NCBI GenBank assembly: GCA_018830645.1
Contig: JAHJSA010000023.1
Coordinates: 7,482 to 71,481, forward strand
DNA: 64,000 nucleotides
Source of the DNA: Actinomycetota bacterium
Lineage (GTDB): Bacteria > Actinomycetota > Thermoleophilia > RBG-16-64-13
Reading direction: 5' to 3'
Positions 12,346 to 22,717 of the stretch are shown here, one piece after another; position 1 is the stretch's first letter; every line of letters begins with the position of its first letter. The notes beneath the pieces are model-generated. The model did no database searches, was not told the origin of the DNA, and saw only the letters and a program-made list of their open reading frames with translations. Made by a program: the position numbers and the translations under genes.

Positions 12346-13101
12346 TCACGGTGTGCGCCCGAAGGCCTCGGGGTGAGCCTGGAGATATATCAGCCGCAGC
12401 TTCTCGACCCGCTCCACGAAGCCGCGCGTCTCCGGGAAGGGGATGTCCTTCGGGTCGAGGGACGCTCCCTCTCCCAAGACCCCGCGGGCCAGCCACTCCG
12501 CGACGGTGCCTTGGCCGGCGTTGTAGGCGGCGAGCGTCGCGCGGACATCACCCTCGAACAGCTCGAGCAAGAACGCCAGGTAGTAGGTGCCGAGTTCGAT
12601 GTTCCACTCAGGATCCGTCAGGGTGCCCACGGCGCCGGCCGCCCAGTCGTCTCTGCCCTCGATCCACTCAGCGGTCGAAGGCATCAGCTGCATCAGGCCC
12701 ACCGCTCCGGCCGCCGAAACCGCCTCTGGGTCGTACCCGCTCTCCGCCTTGACCACCGCGGCCACCAAGTACGGGTCGACCCCGTGGCGCTCCGAGGCTT
12801 CACGTATCGTCTCTCGATACTCGATCGGATAGAGGCGGCTTTGGACTATCTTCAGGTCAAAGCCGCCCGGCGTGGCTATCTGGCCGGCCAAGAACACCAG
12901 AAGGACAGTGACGATAAGCACCGTGAAGGCCAACGGAGCCCCAGGCAAGGGCACCGGGTGCGCACTGTGTCGAGCCGGCGACGCCACCGCGCGCGGAACG
13001 GCGCGTGATCGTGCCGAACGCGCCTCAGGGCGGCCGCGCCCCCGACCGAGCCCTCGGGGCCCGCGGGACCGCCGGATGCTCATGACCGACGGCTCACTCA
13101 C
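12346..13101 (-). CDS. Lytic transglycosylase (SLT domain)
   Basis: [32 protein letters not shown]. Confidence 0.9.
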   Translation of the reverse strand: MSEPSVMSIRRSRGPRGLGRGRGRPEARSARSRAVPRAVASPARHSAHPVPLPGAPLAFTVLIVTVLLVFLAGQIATPGGFDLKIVQSRLYPIEYRETIREASERHGVDPYLVAAVVKAESGYDPEAVSAAGAVGLMQLMPSTAEWIEGRDDWAAGAVGTLTDPEWNIELGTYYLAFLLELFEGDVRATLAAYNAGQGTVAEWLARGVLGEGASLDPKDIPFPETRGFVERVEKLRLIYLQAHPEAFGRTP

Positions 13102-13783
13102 CCCCCAACACCCGCCAGAGCTCCCCCGACGCGACTCGTTTCGCAGCCTCGTACACCTCGGACACGAACTCGGCTAGATCCTCAACGGTACCGTCGTTGG
13201 TATAGGCGAAGTCGGCCCCGGCGACGCGCTCCTCCTCCCCCGCCAATCTGGCGTCCAAGAAGTCGAACGCCTCGGCACCCACCCGGCTCGATGCCCGTTC
13301 CCTCCGCACCTCCCGCGGCGCCTCGAGCGTTGCGACAAGATCGAAGTGGCTCTGGAGCCCCGATTCGAACAAGAGGGGCACCTCGCACACGCGCACGTCA
13401 CCGGGGACGCCCCCGGTGAGGAAATCCTCGATGTCCCTCGCCACACGCGGATGAACGAGCGACTCGAGTGCGAGGAGCTCCTTCTCGTTGCCCATCACCA
13501 GCCTGCCGAGAACTGCACGATCGACCTTCCCACTGGCACCTATCACCTCAGCGCCGAACCGCGCGTGCAAGGCCATTTGGATCTCCGCCCGCTCGTAGAG
13601 GCGGTGGACGATCGCGTCGGACGAGATGGTCTGGGCGCCCAAAGCGGCGAACATCTCGAGTGCGAGGCTCTTTCCCGAGGCCACACCGCCGGTGAGACCG
13701 ACGGCGGCGCGACCATCCGGCCTCAATCGCCGTTCAGCGGAGAACTGCGCACTACTTGAGATATGTGTGCTCGTAGAATCCAT
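13094..13783 (-). CDS. coaE: Dephospho-CoA kinase
   Basis: VGLTGGVASGKS, DR..LG, VHP.V, EVPLLFE; lies downstream of rpsA. Confidence 0.93.
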   Translation of the reverse strand: MDSTSTHISSSAQFSAERRLRPDGRAAVGLTGGVASGKSLALEMFAALGAQTISSDAIVHRLYERAEIQMALHARFGAEVIGASGKVDRAVLGRLVMGNEKELLALESLVHPRVARDIEDFLTGGVPGDVRVCEVPLLFESGLQSHFDLVATLEAPREVRRERASSRVGAEAFDFLDARLAGEEERVAGADFAYTNDGTVEDLAEFVSEVYEAAKRVASGELWRVLGGE

Positions 13784-13795
13784 GCTCCCATTGTA
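13784..13795 (-). promoter_or_regulatory. -10 box TACAAT 6 nt before the coaE ATG (leaderless transcript)
   Basis: Minus strand GGTACAAT-GGGAGC-ATG. Confidence 0.55.
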
Positions 13796-13870
13796 CCGTC
13801 CGGCTCGGCGGGACGACGCACCCGCCAAGGTCCTCATGCCACGTCCGCGCCCGACGCAGGTCTCTGGGGC

Positions 13871-13901
13871 GAAAAGAAGGGGCGCCCTCGGGCGCCCCTT
13901 C
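13871..13901 (-). terminator. Intrinsic terminator after rpsA
   Basis: 12-bp stem GAAGGGGCGCCC/GGGCGCCCCTTC followed by TTTT on the minus strand. Confidence 0.8.
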
Positions 13902-13927
13902 ATGGATCACGACCTCAACTGGAGATA

Positions 13928-15481
13928 CTAGCGTTCGAACACCTCGTCGGAGAGACCGAGGCTGGTCGCAGCGCCTTCCGGCTCGCTTCCTTCTGCAACT
14001 TCCGGCTCGGTCTCTTCTGCGACTTCCGGTTCACCTTCCGCAGCGCCTTCCGGCTCGCCCGGGGCGGGGGCTTCTTCATCGCCCGCGGCGGGGGCTTCCG
14101 GCTCGGCAGAGCCAGCGACGTCCGCTTCGACCGATTCCTCCGCGCTCTGCTCAGGGAGCTCCACGTCGCCCTCGGCGCCATTCACCGGGGCCTCGCCGTC
14201 GGCGTCGGCCGCGACCAGATCGGAATCAGCGGGGCCCACTTCAACGACGCCACCCTCGACGACGCCACCCTCGGCCGCGGTTTCCTCAGCTGCGCCTTCT
14301 TCCGCCGCGGTTTCCTCAGCTGCCTCTAGCTCCTGGGCCATCGCGTCCTCATGGATGCGATACTCGGGCTCGAGACGCTTGAGCGAAAGCGAGAGCCGAC
14401 GACGATCGGGGTCGATCTCGATGATCTTGACGTTCACTTCCATACCGTTGCGCAGCACCTCGGAGGGGTCCTCGACGTGATGCTGGGCAAGCTCCGAGAT
14501 GTGGATCAGGCCCTCGACGCCCTCCTCGATCTCGACGAAAGCGCCGAACGAGACGAGCTTGGTGACCTTGCCGTGTACGATCTCGTTCACCTGACGGTTC
14601 TCAAAGACCTCCTGCCACGGATCCTTCTGGGTCTGCTTGAGGCCCAGCGAGATACGCTGACGGTCACGGTCGATGTCGAGCACCTTCACGGTGACCTCCT
14701 GCGCGACCGTGAGCACCTCAGACGGGTGGTTCACGTGGCTCCAGGAGAGCTCGGAGATGTGGACGAGGCCGTCGATGCCGTTCAGATCGACGAAGGCGCC
14801 GAAGTCCACGATGTTCGAGATGGTGCCGGTGACGAAGTCTCCCACGTTCATGCGGTCAAGGATCTGCTCGCGCACCCCGCGACGCTCTTCCTCGAGCACG
14901 GCACGGCGGCTGAGGACCACGTTGTTGCGGAAGCGGTTCAACTCGATGACGCGGCATATGAGCGTCTGACCGAGGAACTCGTCGAGATCGGCAACCCGCC
15001 GAATGTCGACCAAAGAGGCGGGCAAGAAGCCGCGCACGCCGAGGTCGATGATGAGCCCACCCTTGACCACTTCGATGACCGTGCCCTCGACCGGTGTGTG
15101 CTCCTCGGCAGCCTTCTCGATGCGTTGCCACGCGCGCTCGAACCGTGCACGTTTCTTCGACAGGATGAGCCGGCCGTCGGCGTCCTCTTTGGTCAAGACA
15201 AGAGCGTCGATCACATCACCGACGGACACCTCGTCGCTCGGATCCACCGACTTCTTGATGGAGAGCTCGTTGACGGGCACGACCCCTTCACTCTTATAGC
15301 CGATATCGACAAGGACCTCATCCTTGTCGACACGGACCACCGTGCCGGTCACTATGTCACCCTCCTCGAAGGTGACCATCGTGGCATCGTAGTTGGGGAC
15401 CATCACCCCATCGACCTCGATCATGAGGTCGTAGCCGCCCTGAAGGGTCTCGGGACTGTCGTCGGTCAGTTGGTCAGACAT
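13928..15481 (-). CDS. rpsA: 30S ribosomal protein S1 with long acidic tail
   Basis: Four S1 domains (DIGYKSEG, GFLPASLV, DGLVHISELSW, EGLIHISEL); SD GAGGAG before ATG 15481. Confidence 0.97.
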   Translation of the reverse strand: MSDQLTDDSPETLQGGYDLMIEVDGVMVPNYDATMVTFEEGDIVTGTVVRVDKDEVLVDIGYKSEGVVPVNELSIKKSVDPSDEVSVGDVIDALVLTKEDADGRLILSKKRARFERAWQRIEKAAEEHTPVEGTVIEVVKGGLIIDLGVRGFLPASLVDIRRVADLDEFLGQTLICRVIELNRFRNNVVLSRRAVLEEERRGVREQILDRMNVGDFVTGTISNIVDFGAFVDLNGIDGLVHISELSWSHVNHPSEVLTVAQEVTVKVLDIDRDRQRISLGLKQTQKDPWQEVFENRQVNEIVHGKVTKLVSFGAFVEIEEGVEGLIHISELAQHHVEDPSEVLRNGMEVNVKIIEIDPDRRRLSLSLKRLEPEYRIHEDAMAQELEAAEETAAEEGAAEETAAEGGVVEGGVVEVGPADSDLVAADADGEAPVNGAEGDVELPEQSAEESVEADVAGSAEPEAPAAGDEEAPAPGEPEGAAEGEPEVAEETEPEVAEGSEPEGAATSLGLSDEVFER

Positions 15482-15633
15482 CGTAGTTGTTTTCCTCCTC
15501 GCAGAAAAAAAGGCGCGCACTAACAGCCGCTTCGCGGTGCGCTAGCGGCTAGTATACCTAGGGGGAAGGCAATTGCAACAAACCACGCTTTGCGGACCGC
15601 GCGGATGCCCCTCGGCCTCGGTAGGTTTGCTGC

Positions 15634-18324
15634 CTACTTGGCCGAGAGCCAGTCTTCGCCGACGCCGATATCCACCACAAGCGGAGGGTCCATCGCGAAG
15701 GCGGCGATCATCTCGTCGACCGCGATCCGCCTCACGTCTTGGGCCTCGTCTCGCAGGCATTCGAAGATGAGTTCGTCGTGCACCTGCAGCACCAGACGGG
15801 TGTGAGGCGACTCCTGCGCAAGACGCGCGCGGCAGCGGATCATCGCCACCTTGATGATGTCGGCGGCGGTGCCCTGGATGATCGAGTTCACGGCCAGACG
15901 CTCTCCGAGTTGTCTGGTCTGATGGTCGCCGGAGCGCAGCTCCGGGATGGGACGGCGCCGGCCCATCAAGGTGGCCACGAACCCCTGCTTCGTGGCATCG
16001 ACGATGGTGGCGTCGATGAAGGCTCGCACCAGCGGCATCCGCTCGAAGTAGCGTGCGATGTAGGCGGCGGCCTCCTCACGCGCGATGCCCAGCTGCTGCG
16101 CGAGGCCGAACGGCGAGATGCCGTACATGATGCCGAAGTTGACCGCCTTCGCCCAGCGGCGGCGCGTCTGTTCCGGAACCTGGATGTCGGCTCCGAACAC
16201 CTCAGCCGCCGTACGGGCGTGGATGTCCTCCCCGCGTCGAAACGGCTCCAGCAGGGTCGGCTCGCGAGAGATGTGAGCCATGATGCGCAGCTCGATCTGA
16301 GAGTAGTCGGCCACCACGAGGACGCCTCCCTCCTCGGCGGTGAAGCACCCTCTGATCCGAGTCCCGATCTCTGTCCTGATCGGGATGTTCTGAAGATTGG
16401 GATCGCTCGACGAGAGGCGTCCGGTCGCGGCCACCGTCTGATGAAACGTCGTATGCAGCCGCCCTGTGGTGGGGTCCACCGCGCTCGGCAGTGTCAGCAG
16501 ATACGTGGAGAGGAGCTTCGTCAGCTCTCGATACGTCTCGATGAGTTCGATGATGGGGTGCTTCGCGCGAAGCCCCTCCAGCGTGCGTGCGTCCGTCGAA
16601 TACCCCGTCTTGATCTTGCGCCCTCGCGGCAACCCGAGTCTGTCAAAAAGGATCCGGGCCAGCTGTTGAGGAGAACCGAGATTGAACTCCTCCCCGGCCT
16701 CCCGGTAGATCTCATCCTCGAGCCCATCAAGCTGGTCTTCCACTTTGGCCGTGATCTCTCCAAGACGGTAGCAGTCGAGATGGATGCCGGCATTCTCCAT
16801 GTCGATGAGCACACGGGTGAGAGGCAGCTCCACGTCCCGGAACAGACCCCACATGCCCAGCGCCTTCAGTTCACTCTCCTGAAGGCGCGAGAGCTCCAGG
16901 GCCGCCAGAGCCTGAGCGGCGCCTCGGTCCGGGCCCTCCGGCAGCGGCGGGAGACCCGCATCGGCGAGGAGGTCGTCCAACCCGTACGAGCGCTTCCCGG
17001 GAGACAGCAGGTAGGCGGCCACCATCGTGTCGTGGCCGGCTCGGTCGAGAAGCGTGGTGAGCAGACGGTCGCCCTTGAGATCGTGACACGCAGGCCGGCC
17101 TCGAGCGAGAAGACCCTTCACGATTCCGGCGACGCTCTCGGGACCGTCCAGCCTCACCGCAAATGCTCCGGCCGCCGCCCCGCCCCCGCCGGCCGGCTTC
17201 TGCGCGAACCACACATGCGAAGTCCCGGGGGACGCGCCCTCCCGCACACTCGACGACACCCCGAGAGCCCTGGTCCAGTCGAGAGCCGCTTCAAGGCCGG
17301 CGGGGAGGACCGAGCGGCTCTCCAGGGAGGGAGGCTCTGCTTCGGCCGCGCCGACGTCGGGATCTGACCCCCCATCCAAGACCGCCGCCGGCAGCCGGTC
17401 GAGCAGCGATGTGAACTCGAAACGCCGGAACAGAGTCAGGAGCTTCTCGCGATCGGGAGCCTGCCTGCGCATCTCGGCTACGTGCATATCGACCGGGACC
17501 TCCCGATCGATCAACGCCAACGTCTTCGACATGCGGGCGATGTCGGCGTGCTGCCCGAGAAGCTCGCGACGCTTCGGGCCCTTCACCCGATCGATGCTCG
17601 CGAGCACTCCTTCGAGCGAGCCGAACTCCTGCAGGAGTAGAGCCGCGGTCTTCTCTCCGATGCCGGGGACGCCTGGGATGTTGTCCGAGGTATCGCCCTT
17701 CAATCCGATCAGATCTGGGATGAGCAGCGGAGGCACACCGCACTTGTCGGTGACGCCCCCCGGATCGTACACCCGCACCTCGGAGATGCCTTTGGTGTTC
17801 GCCATCACCGAGACCCTATCCGTGACCAATTGCAGGGCATCGCGGTCTCCGGTGACGATCACCACCCGGCGACCCTCGGCGTCACCCTGGCGGGCCAGCG
17901 TCCCCAGGATGTCGTCGGCCTCGTACCCGGGTACGCTCAGGTTGACGAACCCGAGCGCTTCCGCCAGTTCATACAGATGCGGCCACTGGTCGCGCAAGAG
18001 GTCGGGCATGGGCTTGCGCTGTGCCTTGTACTCCTCGAACTCCTTGTGGCGGAAGGTCTTCTCACGCGAATCCCACGCGACGATGACGGCGGAGGGCTCG
18101 AACTCCACGAGGACCTTGATCATCATGGAGCAGAAGCCATAGAGCGCGTTGGTCGGGAACCCCTCCGAAGTGGCGATGGTATCGGGCAGGGCGAAGAACG
18201 CGCGATACGCCAGGTTGTTGCCGTCGATGAGGAAGAGGGGATTCCGCACCTTCCCCCCGCTGGTGGAGTGAGGTGCCTCTGACTCGGGCGAGGCGGCGCG
18301 CGCTGGTGTGAGGTGGTCGTCCAC
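15634..18324 (-). CDS. polA: DNA polymerase I
   Basis: LIDG..LAYRAFFA, GDTSDNIPGVPGIG, ADYSQIELR, KAVNFGIMYG, QVHDE; GTG 18324 lies 6 nt after TACAAT (leaderless-type). Confidence 0.98.
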   Translation of the reverse strand: MDDHLTPARAASPESEAPHSTSGGKVRNPLFLIDGNNLAYRAFFALPDTIATSEGFPTNALYGFCSMMIKVLVEFEPSAVIVAWDSREKTFRHKEFEEYKAQRKPMPDLLRDQWPHLYELAEALGFVNLSVPGYEADDILGTLARQGDAEGRRVVIVTGDRDALQLVTDRVSVMANTKGISEVRVYDPGGVTDKCGVPPLLIPDLIGLKGDTSDNIPGVPGIGEKTAALLLQEFGSLEGVLASIDRVKGPKRRELLGQHADIARMSKTLALIDREVPVDMHVAEMRRQAPDREKLLTLFRRFEFTSLLDRLPAAVLDGGSDPDVGAAEAEPPSLESRSVLPAGLEAALDWTRALGVSSSVREGASPGTSHVWFAQKPAGGGGAAAGAFAVRLDGPESVAGIVKGLLARGRPACHDLKGDRLLTTLLDRAGHDTMVAAYLLSPGKRSYGLDDLLADAGLPPLPEGPDRGAAQALAALELSRLQESELKALGMWGLFRDVELPLTRVLIDMENAGIHLDCYRLGEITAKVEDQLDGLEDEIYREAGEEFNLGSPQQLARILFDRLGLPRGRKIKTGYSTDARTLEGLRAKHPIIELIETYRELTKLLSTYLLTLPSAVDPTTGRLHTTFHQTVAATGRLSSSDPNLQNIPIRTEIGTRIRGCFTAEEGGVLVVADYSQIELRIMAHISREPTLLEPFRRGEDIHARTAAEVFGADIQVPEQTRRRWAKAVNFGIMYGISPFGLAQQLGIAREEAAAYIARYFERMPLVRAFIDATIVDATKQGFVATLMGRRRPIPELRSGDHQTRQLGERLAVNSIIQGTAADIIKVAMIRCRARLAQESPHTRLVLQVHDELIFECLRDEAQDVRRIAVDEMIAAFAMDPPLVVDIGVGEDWLSAK

Positions 18325-18447
18325 CCCCAGATTGTATCCCCCATGGGGCGGCGGCGCGGCGCCGCCCACGAACCAGGGGCTCACACCGGGTTGGAGGAGC
18401 GCGACCGCCGCCCCCGGGGTCGGCCGCGCTCTTGCTCCGGCGGTCAG

Positions 18448-20055
18448 CTAGACGCCGAGGATGGTGTCCACTTCGGCCGCGTCCAGATCCATGACGTAGG
18501 GGATGCCCGACACCGCGGATGCCTCTGGCGTCAAGCACGCAAGATCGTCCCGGGTGAGATGCTCGAGCGAGAACTTGCGCGAGCCGGCCATCAACTGGCG
18601 CAGACCTTGGGCAAGACGCTGCGTGTACCCGTACACTCCCACGGCGCCATCCGGCACCGGGCCGATGTCGGCGTACTCCTCGCTCAGCAGCAGGCTGGAG
18701 GCGAAGACGGCATCGCGCGTATGACCGTGCTTCACCACGTGCTTGGGAAGATCGGCGGCGTCGATGTGCCGGCCCACGGTGGCACCGACCATCGCCGCGG
18801 TCAGCGGAGCGCGCGCCATGCCGACGAGACCCACGAACGGGGAACCCATCGCGATGGCCTTGTACAGGTGGTCTTCGAGGGAGAATCCGCCGGCGATGGC
18901 GATGGGCGGCACATACTCTCCGGCCGCGGCGAGACGCGCCGCATACTGGTATGTGAGGGAAGCCAGATAGAAGGTCGGCACCCCCCACTCGTTCATCATG
19001 CGCCACGGGCTCATGCCGGTGCCGCCACCGGCCCCGTCGACCGTGAGCAGGTCGAGCTTCGCCTCGGAGGCGAACTTGATCGCGCGAGCGAGGTCCGCGG
19101 GGCGGTAGGCGCCGGTCTTCAGGAACACGTAGGAGGCTCCGGCGTCGCGGAGCTGACCGACGCGCTCATGGAAGCCGTCGCGGGTGACCATGCCCACCCG
19201 GCTGTGTCGCTCGAACTCCTGGAAGGCCCGCCCAAAGCCCAGCTCGGCTTCGTGGCCCGCCGGGTCGGGCAGCACGAGGTAGCCACGTTCGCGCAACATG
19301 CGCGCCTTTGTCAGATCGGCGATCTTCACCTCGCCGCCGATGTCCTTCGCGCCCTGGCCCCACTTCAACTCGACGGCACGGACACCCAGCTCCTTCACCG
19401 CGTACTCCAACACCCCAAGGCGGCTGTCTTCGACGTTCTCCTGCACCACTATGGCTCCGCCGCCCCGGGCATACTTCCGGTACAGATCCACCCGCCTTCT
19501 CAGCTCCGGCGCATCTTCGATACGTGTTCCTGAGCCGTTCTTGATGACGGCTTCCTCGTCCATGCCCACGACGTTCTCGCCGATCGTGAGCATGATCCCC
19601 GAGATGGCGCAGCCGATCGCGAGCCCCTCCCAATGCCTGCGGGCCACGTCGGTGGAACCGAGGCCGGGCACCACTATGGGCAGTTTCAGCCGGATCCCGC
19701 CATCCTGCCCCAGAGCGACCGAGAGATCGACGTTGGAGAAGATAGCCTCGTCGGAGTCGGCGGCCACGCCGTGCGCGCCGACGGCCGTGCCCATGATCGA
19801 CAGATGTGAGTAGTCAACCGGGTAGTCCTTCTGCGCGGCCGAGGTCATGTGCCCGTAGGGTTGCGGGTAGAGCATCTCAGCTCCGCGGAGAGCCGACTGA
19901 CCGACCTCGCAGTACCCAGGGCAATCGTCTTGACAAACCGCACAGAGCCCGCTCTGAGGGTTGACGTCGCTCAACCGCGAGCGGGTGCCCGTTGCGCCTG
20001 ACCGGTTTGTGTACGAAAGGTTCATGCTGCCCCCATCCTCGGATGACACCGTCAT
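18448..20055 (-). CDS. FMN-binding glutamate synthase-family protein (stand-alone)
   Basis: ELKWGQGAK, DGAGGGTG, N-terminal CxxCxxxCxxxC; start may be ATG 20025. Confidence 0.85.
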   Translation of the reverse strand: MTVSSEDGGSMNLSYTNRSGATGTRSRLSDVNPQSGLCAVCQDDCPGYCEVGQSALRGAEMLYPQPYGHMTSAAQKDYPVDYSHLSIMGTAVGAHGVAADSDEAIFSNVDLSVALGQDGGIRLKLPIVVPGLGSTDVARRHWEGLAIGCAISGIMLTIGENVVGMDEEAVIKNGSGTRIEDAPELRRRVDLYRKYARGGGAIVVQENVEDSRLGVLEYAVKELGVRAVELKWGQGAKDIGGEVKIADLTKARMLRERGYLVLPDPAGHEAELGFGRAFQEFERHSRVGMVTRDGFHERVGQLRDAGASYVFLKTGAYRPADLARAIKFASEAKLDLLTVDGAGGGTGMSPWRMMNEWGVPTFYLASLTYQYAARLAAAGEYVPPIAIAGGFSLEDHLYKAIAMGSPFVGLVGMARAPLTAAMVGATVGRHIDAADLPKHVVKHGHTRDAVFASSLLLSEEYADIGPVPDGAVGVYGYTQRLAQGLRQLMAGSRKFSLEHLTRDDLACLTPEASAVSGIPYVMDLDAAEVDTILGV

Positions 20056-20169
20056 ATCACTGAGTCCTGCAGTGCGAAGCGAGATCGGAGGCTTCTAGGA
20101 CATCGGGCCAACTCTACGTGGTCACGTGTAGCTGCCGTTTAGCCTCTTGTATGAAGTTTTCGGATGGGT

Positions 20170-20195
20170 TGTACGCCTTGTGTACAGGAATGCGA
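20170..20195. promoter_or_regulatory. Palindromic operator TGTAC-N7-GTACA, copy 1
   Basis: TGTACGCCTTGTGTACAGGAATGCGA; 22/26 identical to the reverse complement of 26947-26972. Confidence 0.55.
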
Positions 20196-20295
20196 ATGGC
20201 GCGCCCGGGAAACGACACCGAGCGCGCCATTCGACGCTCGCGCTGCGACGGCCGGCCCCGGCTGGCGAGCCCGGGGCGCGAACCGCTGCTCGGCC

Positions 20296-21627
20296 CTAAA
20301 GGACGGGCAGGTACCTATCCAACTCGTAGGGAGTCACGACCGCCTTGTATTCGTCCCACTCAGCCTGCTTGTTGCGCACCAGGTACTCGAAGACGTGATC
20401 GCCGAGAGCCTCACGCATGAGCGCGGAGCCTTTGAACTCCTGGATGGCCTCGTGCAGATCGACGGGGAGCGAGTCGATACCCGCCGCGTCCCGCTCGTCC
20501 TCGGTCATCTCGTAGATGTTGTTGGTGGACTCCGGGGACAGCTCGTAGCCCTCTTCGATGCCTTTCAAACCGGCCGCCAGCATCACCGCGAAGGCAAGAT
20601 ACGGGTTGCAGGCCGGATCGGGGTTGCGCATCTCCACCCGTGTCGCTGTTTCCTTGCCCGGCTTGTACATGGGCACCCACACCATCGCCGAGCGGTTGCG
20701 GCGAGCCCAGCAGCAGTAGATGGGAGCCTCGTAGCCGGGAACGAGACGCTTGTACGAGTTCACCCACTGGTTGGTCACCAGGCACATCTCGCGCGCATGC
20801 TTCAGGAGTCCGGCGATGTACGACTTGCCCGCGGCCGAGAGGTGGTACTCGTCGTCGGCATCGAAGAAGGCGTTCCGCGGACCGGTGAACAGCGACTGAT
20901 GAGTGTGCATGCCCGACCCGTTCTCGCCGAAGATGGGCTTGGGCATGAAGGTGGCGTACATGCCACGGGCCTGCGCGACCTCTTTCACGGTGAGGCGGTA
21001 CGTCATGACCTGGTCGGCCATGATGAGGGCTTCCCGGTAGCGCAGGTCGATCTCGTGCTGGGACGGAGCCACCTCGTGATGCGAGTACTCGACGTCGATG
21101 CCGAGGTCCTGGAGCGCGAGGACGGTATCGCGGCGAAGATCGGTAGCGACATCAAGCGGCGTGAGGTCGAAGTAGCCACCCCGATCGAGCACTTCCGTGC
21201 CTTTGCTGTCCTTGAAGTAGAAGAACTCCAGCTCGGGGCCGAGATACATGGTGTATCCGAGATCAGCCGCCTTCTTGAGGGTGCGCTGCAGGATGTGGCG
21301 CGGGTCACCCGGGAACGGGGTGCCGTCGGGACGCTGGATGTCGCAGAACATGCGGGCCGTGCCACCCGAACCGCGCCGCCAGGGCAACACGACAAAGGTG
21401 GACGGATCGGGCATGGCGACCATGTCGGATTCCTGGATGCGCGTGAAACCCTCGATCGACGATCCGTCAAAACCCATGCCCTCATCGAAAGCCGAATCGA
21501 GCTGGGACGGAGTCACCGCGAAGCTCTTCAGGATCCCGAGGACGTCGGTGAACCAGAAGCGCACGAATTTGATGTCCTGATCGCGAACCACACGTAGGAC
21601 GTCGTCCTTCGTCATATCGTTGCCCAT
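20296..21627 (-). CDS. glnA: Glutamine synthetase type I
   Basis: FDGSSIEG, HHEVAPSQHE, ATFMPKP, NGSGMH, YKRLVPGYEAP; carries an Arg-to-Trp change in the NRSxxxRxP motif. Confidence 0.92.
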   Translation of the reverse strand: MGNDMTKDDVLRVVRDQDIKFVRFWFTDVLGILKSFAVTPSQLDSAFDEGMGFDGSSIEGFTRIQESDMVAMPDPSTFVVLPWRRGSGGTARMFCDIQRPDGTPFPGDPRHILQRTLKKAADLGYTMYLGPELEFFYFKDSKGTEVLDRGGYFDLTPLDVATDLRRDTVLALQDLGIDVEYSHHEVAPSQHEIDLRYREALIMADQVMTYRLTVKEVAQARGMYATFMPKPIFGENGSGMHTHQSLFTGPRNAFFDADDEYHLSAAGKSYIAGLLKHAREMCLVTNQWVNSYKRLVPGYEAPIYCCWARRNRSAMVWVPMYKPGKETATRVEMRNPDPACNPYLAFAVMLAAGLKGIEEGYELSPESTNNIYEMTEDERDAAGIDSLPVDLHEAIQEFKGSALMREALGDHVFEYLVRNKQAEWDEYKAVVTPYELDRYLPVL

Positions 21628-21831
21628 GAACTGACCTTCCTGGTGAGTTGTTGGTGCTGCCTACCGGGAAGGGTACCTGCCATTGGCCATAGGAACAACA
21701 CCAAGAGGGCCAACTTTCGACCCAAATCTATTAGCCATTTGGACAAGTGGCAGCGAACGGCTGTGATCGAGCGGTGCTGAGATCGACCGGGGCTCAAGCG
21801 AGCGGCGAGGCGGCACCCACGCCCGAGGTGA

Positions 21832-22707
21832 TCAGTAGGCGTAGAGCTTGCCGTAGGGACGGTGGGTGAACGGGGCTATCTTGCCGAAGGGCTGCGAAAG
21901 CACCTCGGTCTCGTCGAATCCGTGCACTCGACAGAAGTCGGTGACAAGCTCCTCGATGCGGGCCGTGTCCTCGGGAGACGGGTCGACCACACTCACCTCT
22001 TTGCCGAGTTGGTGCCCCTGCACCGACCCGCGAACGTAGATCACACCGCCGTGCATGCCCGTGCCCACGTACGACCCCAGGAGCGGCTCGCTCGAATCGC
22101 CCAACCCGAGCAGGATCATCTCCCCCCCGGCCATGTACTCGCCGAAGAAGTCGCGGGCGCGTCCGCCGATCACGATGACCGGGTGCTGCTCCCCGTAGGC
22201 CTTCATGTGGATGCCCACCCGGTAGCCCACATCGCCGCGCACGTAGACTCGACCGCCGCGCATGCCATACCCGACTACATCCCCCGCATCGCCGCGCACC
22301 ACTACCAGTCCACGGTTCATGGTGTTGGCGATGCCGTCTTGGGCGTTATCGTCCACGATGACCGTGGGACCGTCCATGAAGGCGGCCAGGTCGTTGCCGG
22401 GCACGCCGTTGACCAAGATGGTGAGGTGGTCGGCGCTGATGCCGGCGCCGATGTAGCGTTGGCCGTTGACGTTGTCGAGCGCCACAGTCGATACGCCCGC
22501 TCCCACCAGCTCCCGGATCTGCTCGTTCAAGGTCTTGTAGTAGACGCCCCGGGCGTCGATGTGAGCCGTATCGCCGTCACGTGTCACTAGCCCGCTCTCG
22601 AGGCCGGGCTGGCCGGCCGTGATACGGGCGGGCTCGATGCCCGTGGGCCCGCGCCGAGCGGGGCCGGTGGGGACTCTGCGCACTGATTCCGACGAAGGTG
22701 TCATCAC
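21832..22707 (-). CDS. Glutamate synthase GXGXG (C-terminal) domain protein
   Basis: NGQRYIG, GVPGNDLAAFM, FFGEYMAGG, GTGMHGG beta-helix repeats. Confidence 0.88.
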   Translation of the reverse strand: MMTPSSESVRRVPTGPARRGPTGIEPARITAGQPGLESGLVTRDGDTAHIDARGVYYKTLNEQIRELVGAGVSTVALDNVNGQRYIGAGISADHLTILVNGVPGNDLAAFMDGPTVIVDDNAQDGIANTMNRGLVVVRGDAGDVVGYGMRGGRVYVRGDVGYRVGIHMKAYGEQHPVIVIGGRARDFFGEYMAGGEMILLGLGDSSEPLLGSYVGTGMHGGVIYVRGSVQGHQLGKEVSVVDPSPEDTARIEELVTDFCRVHGFDETEVLSQPFGKIAPFTHRPYGKLYAY

Positions 22708-22717
22708 TCGGCTCTCC

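Noticed and set aside
20100..21720. TTGGCCC motifs upstream of glnA and the gltB-like gene as sigma54 promoters
   Set aside because: No GC at the required GG-N10-GC position
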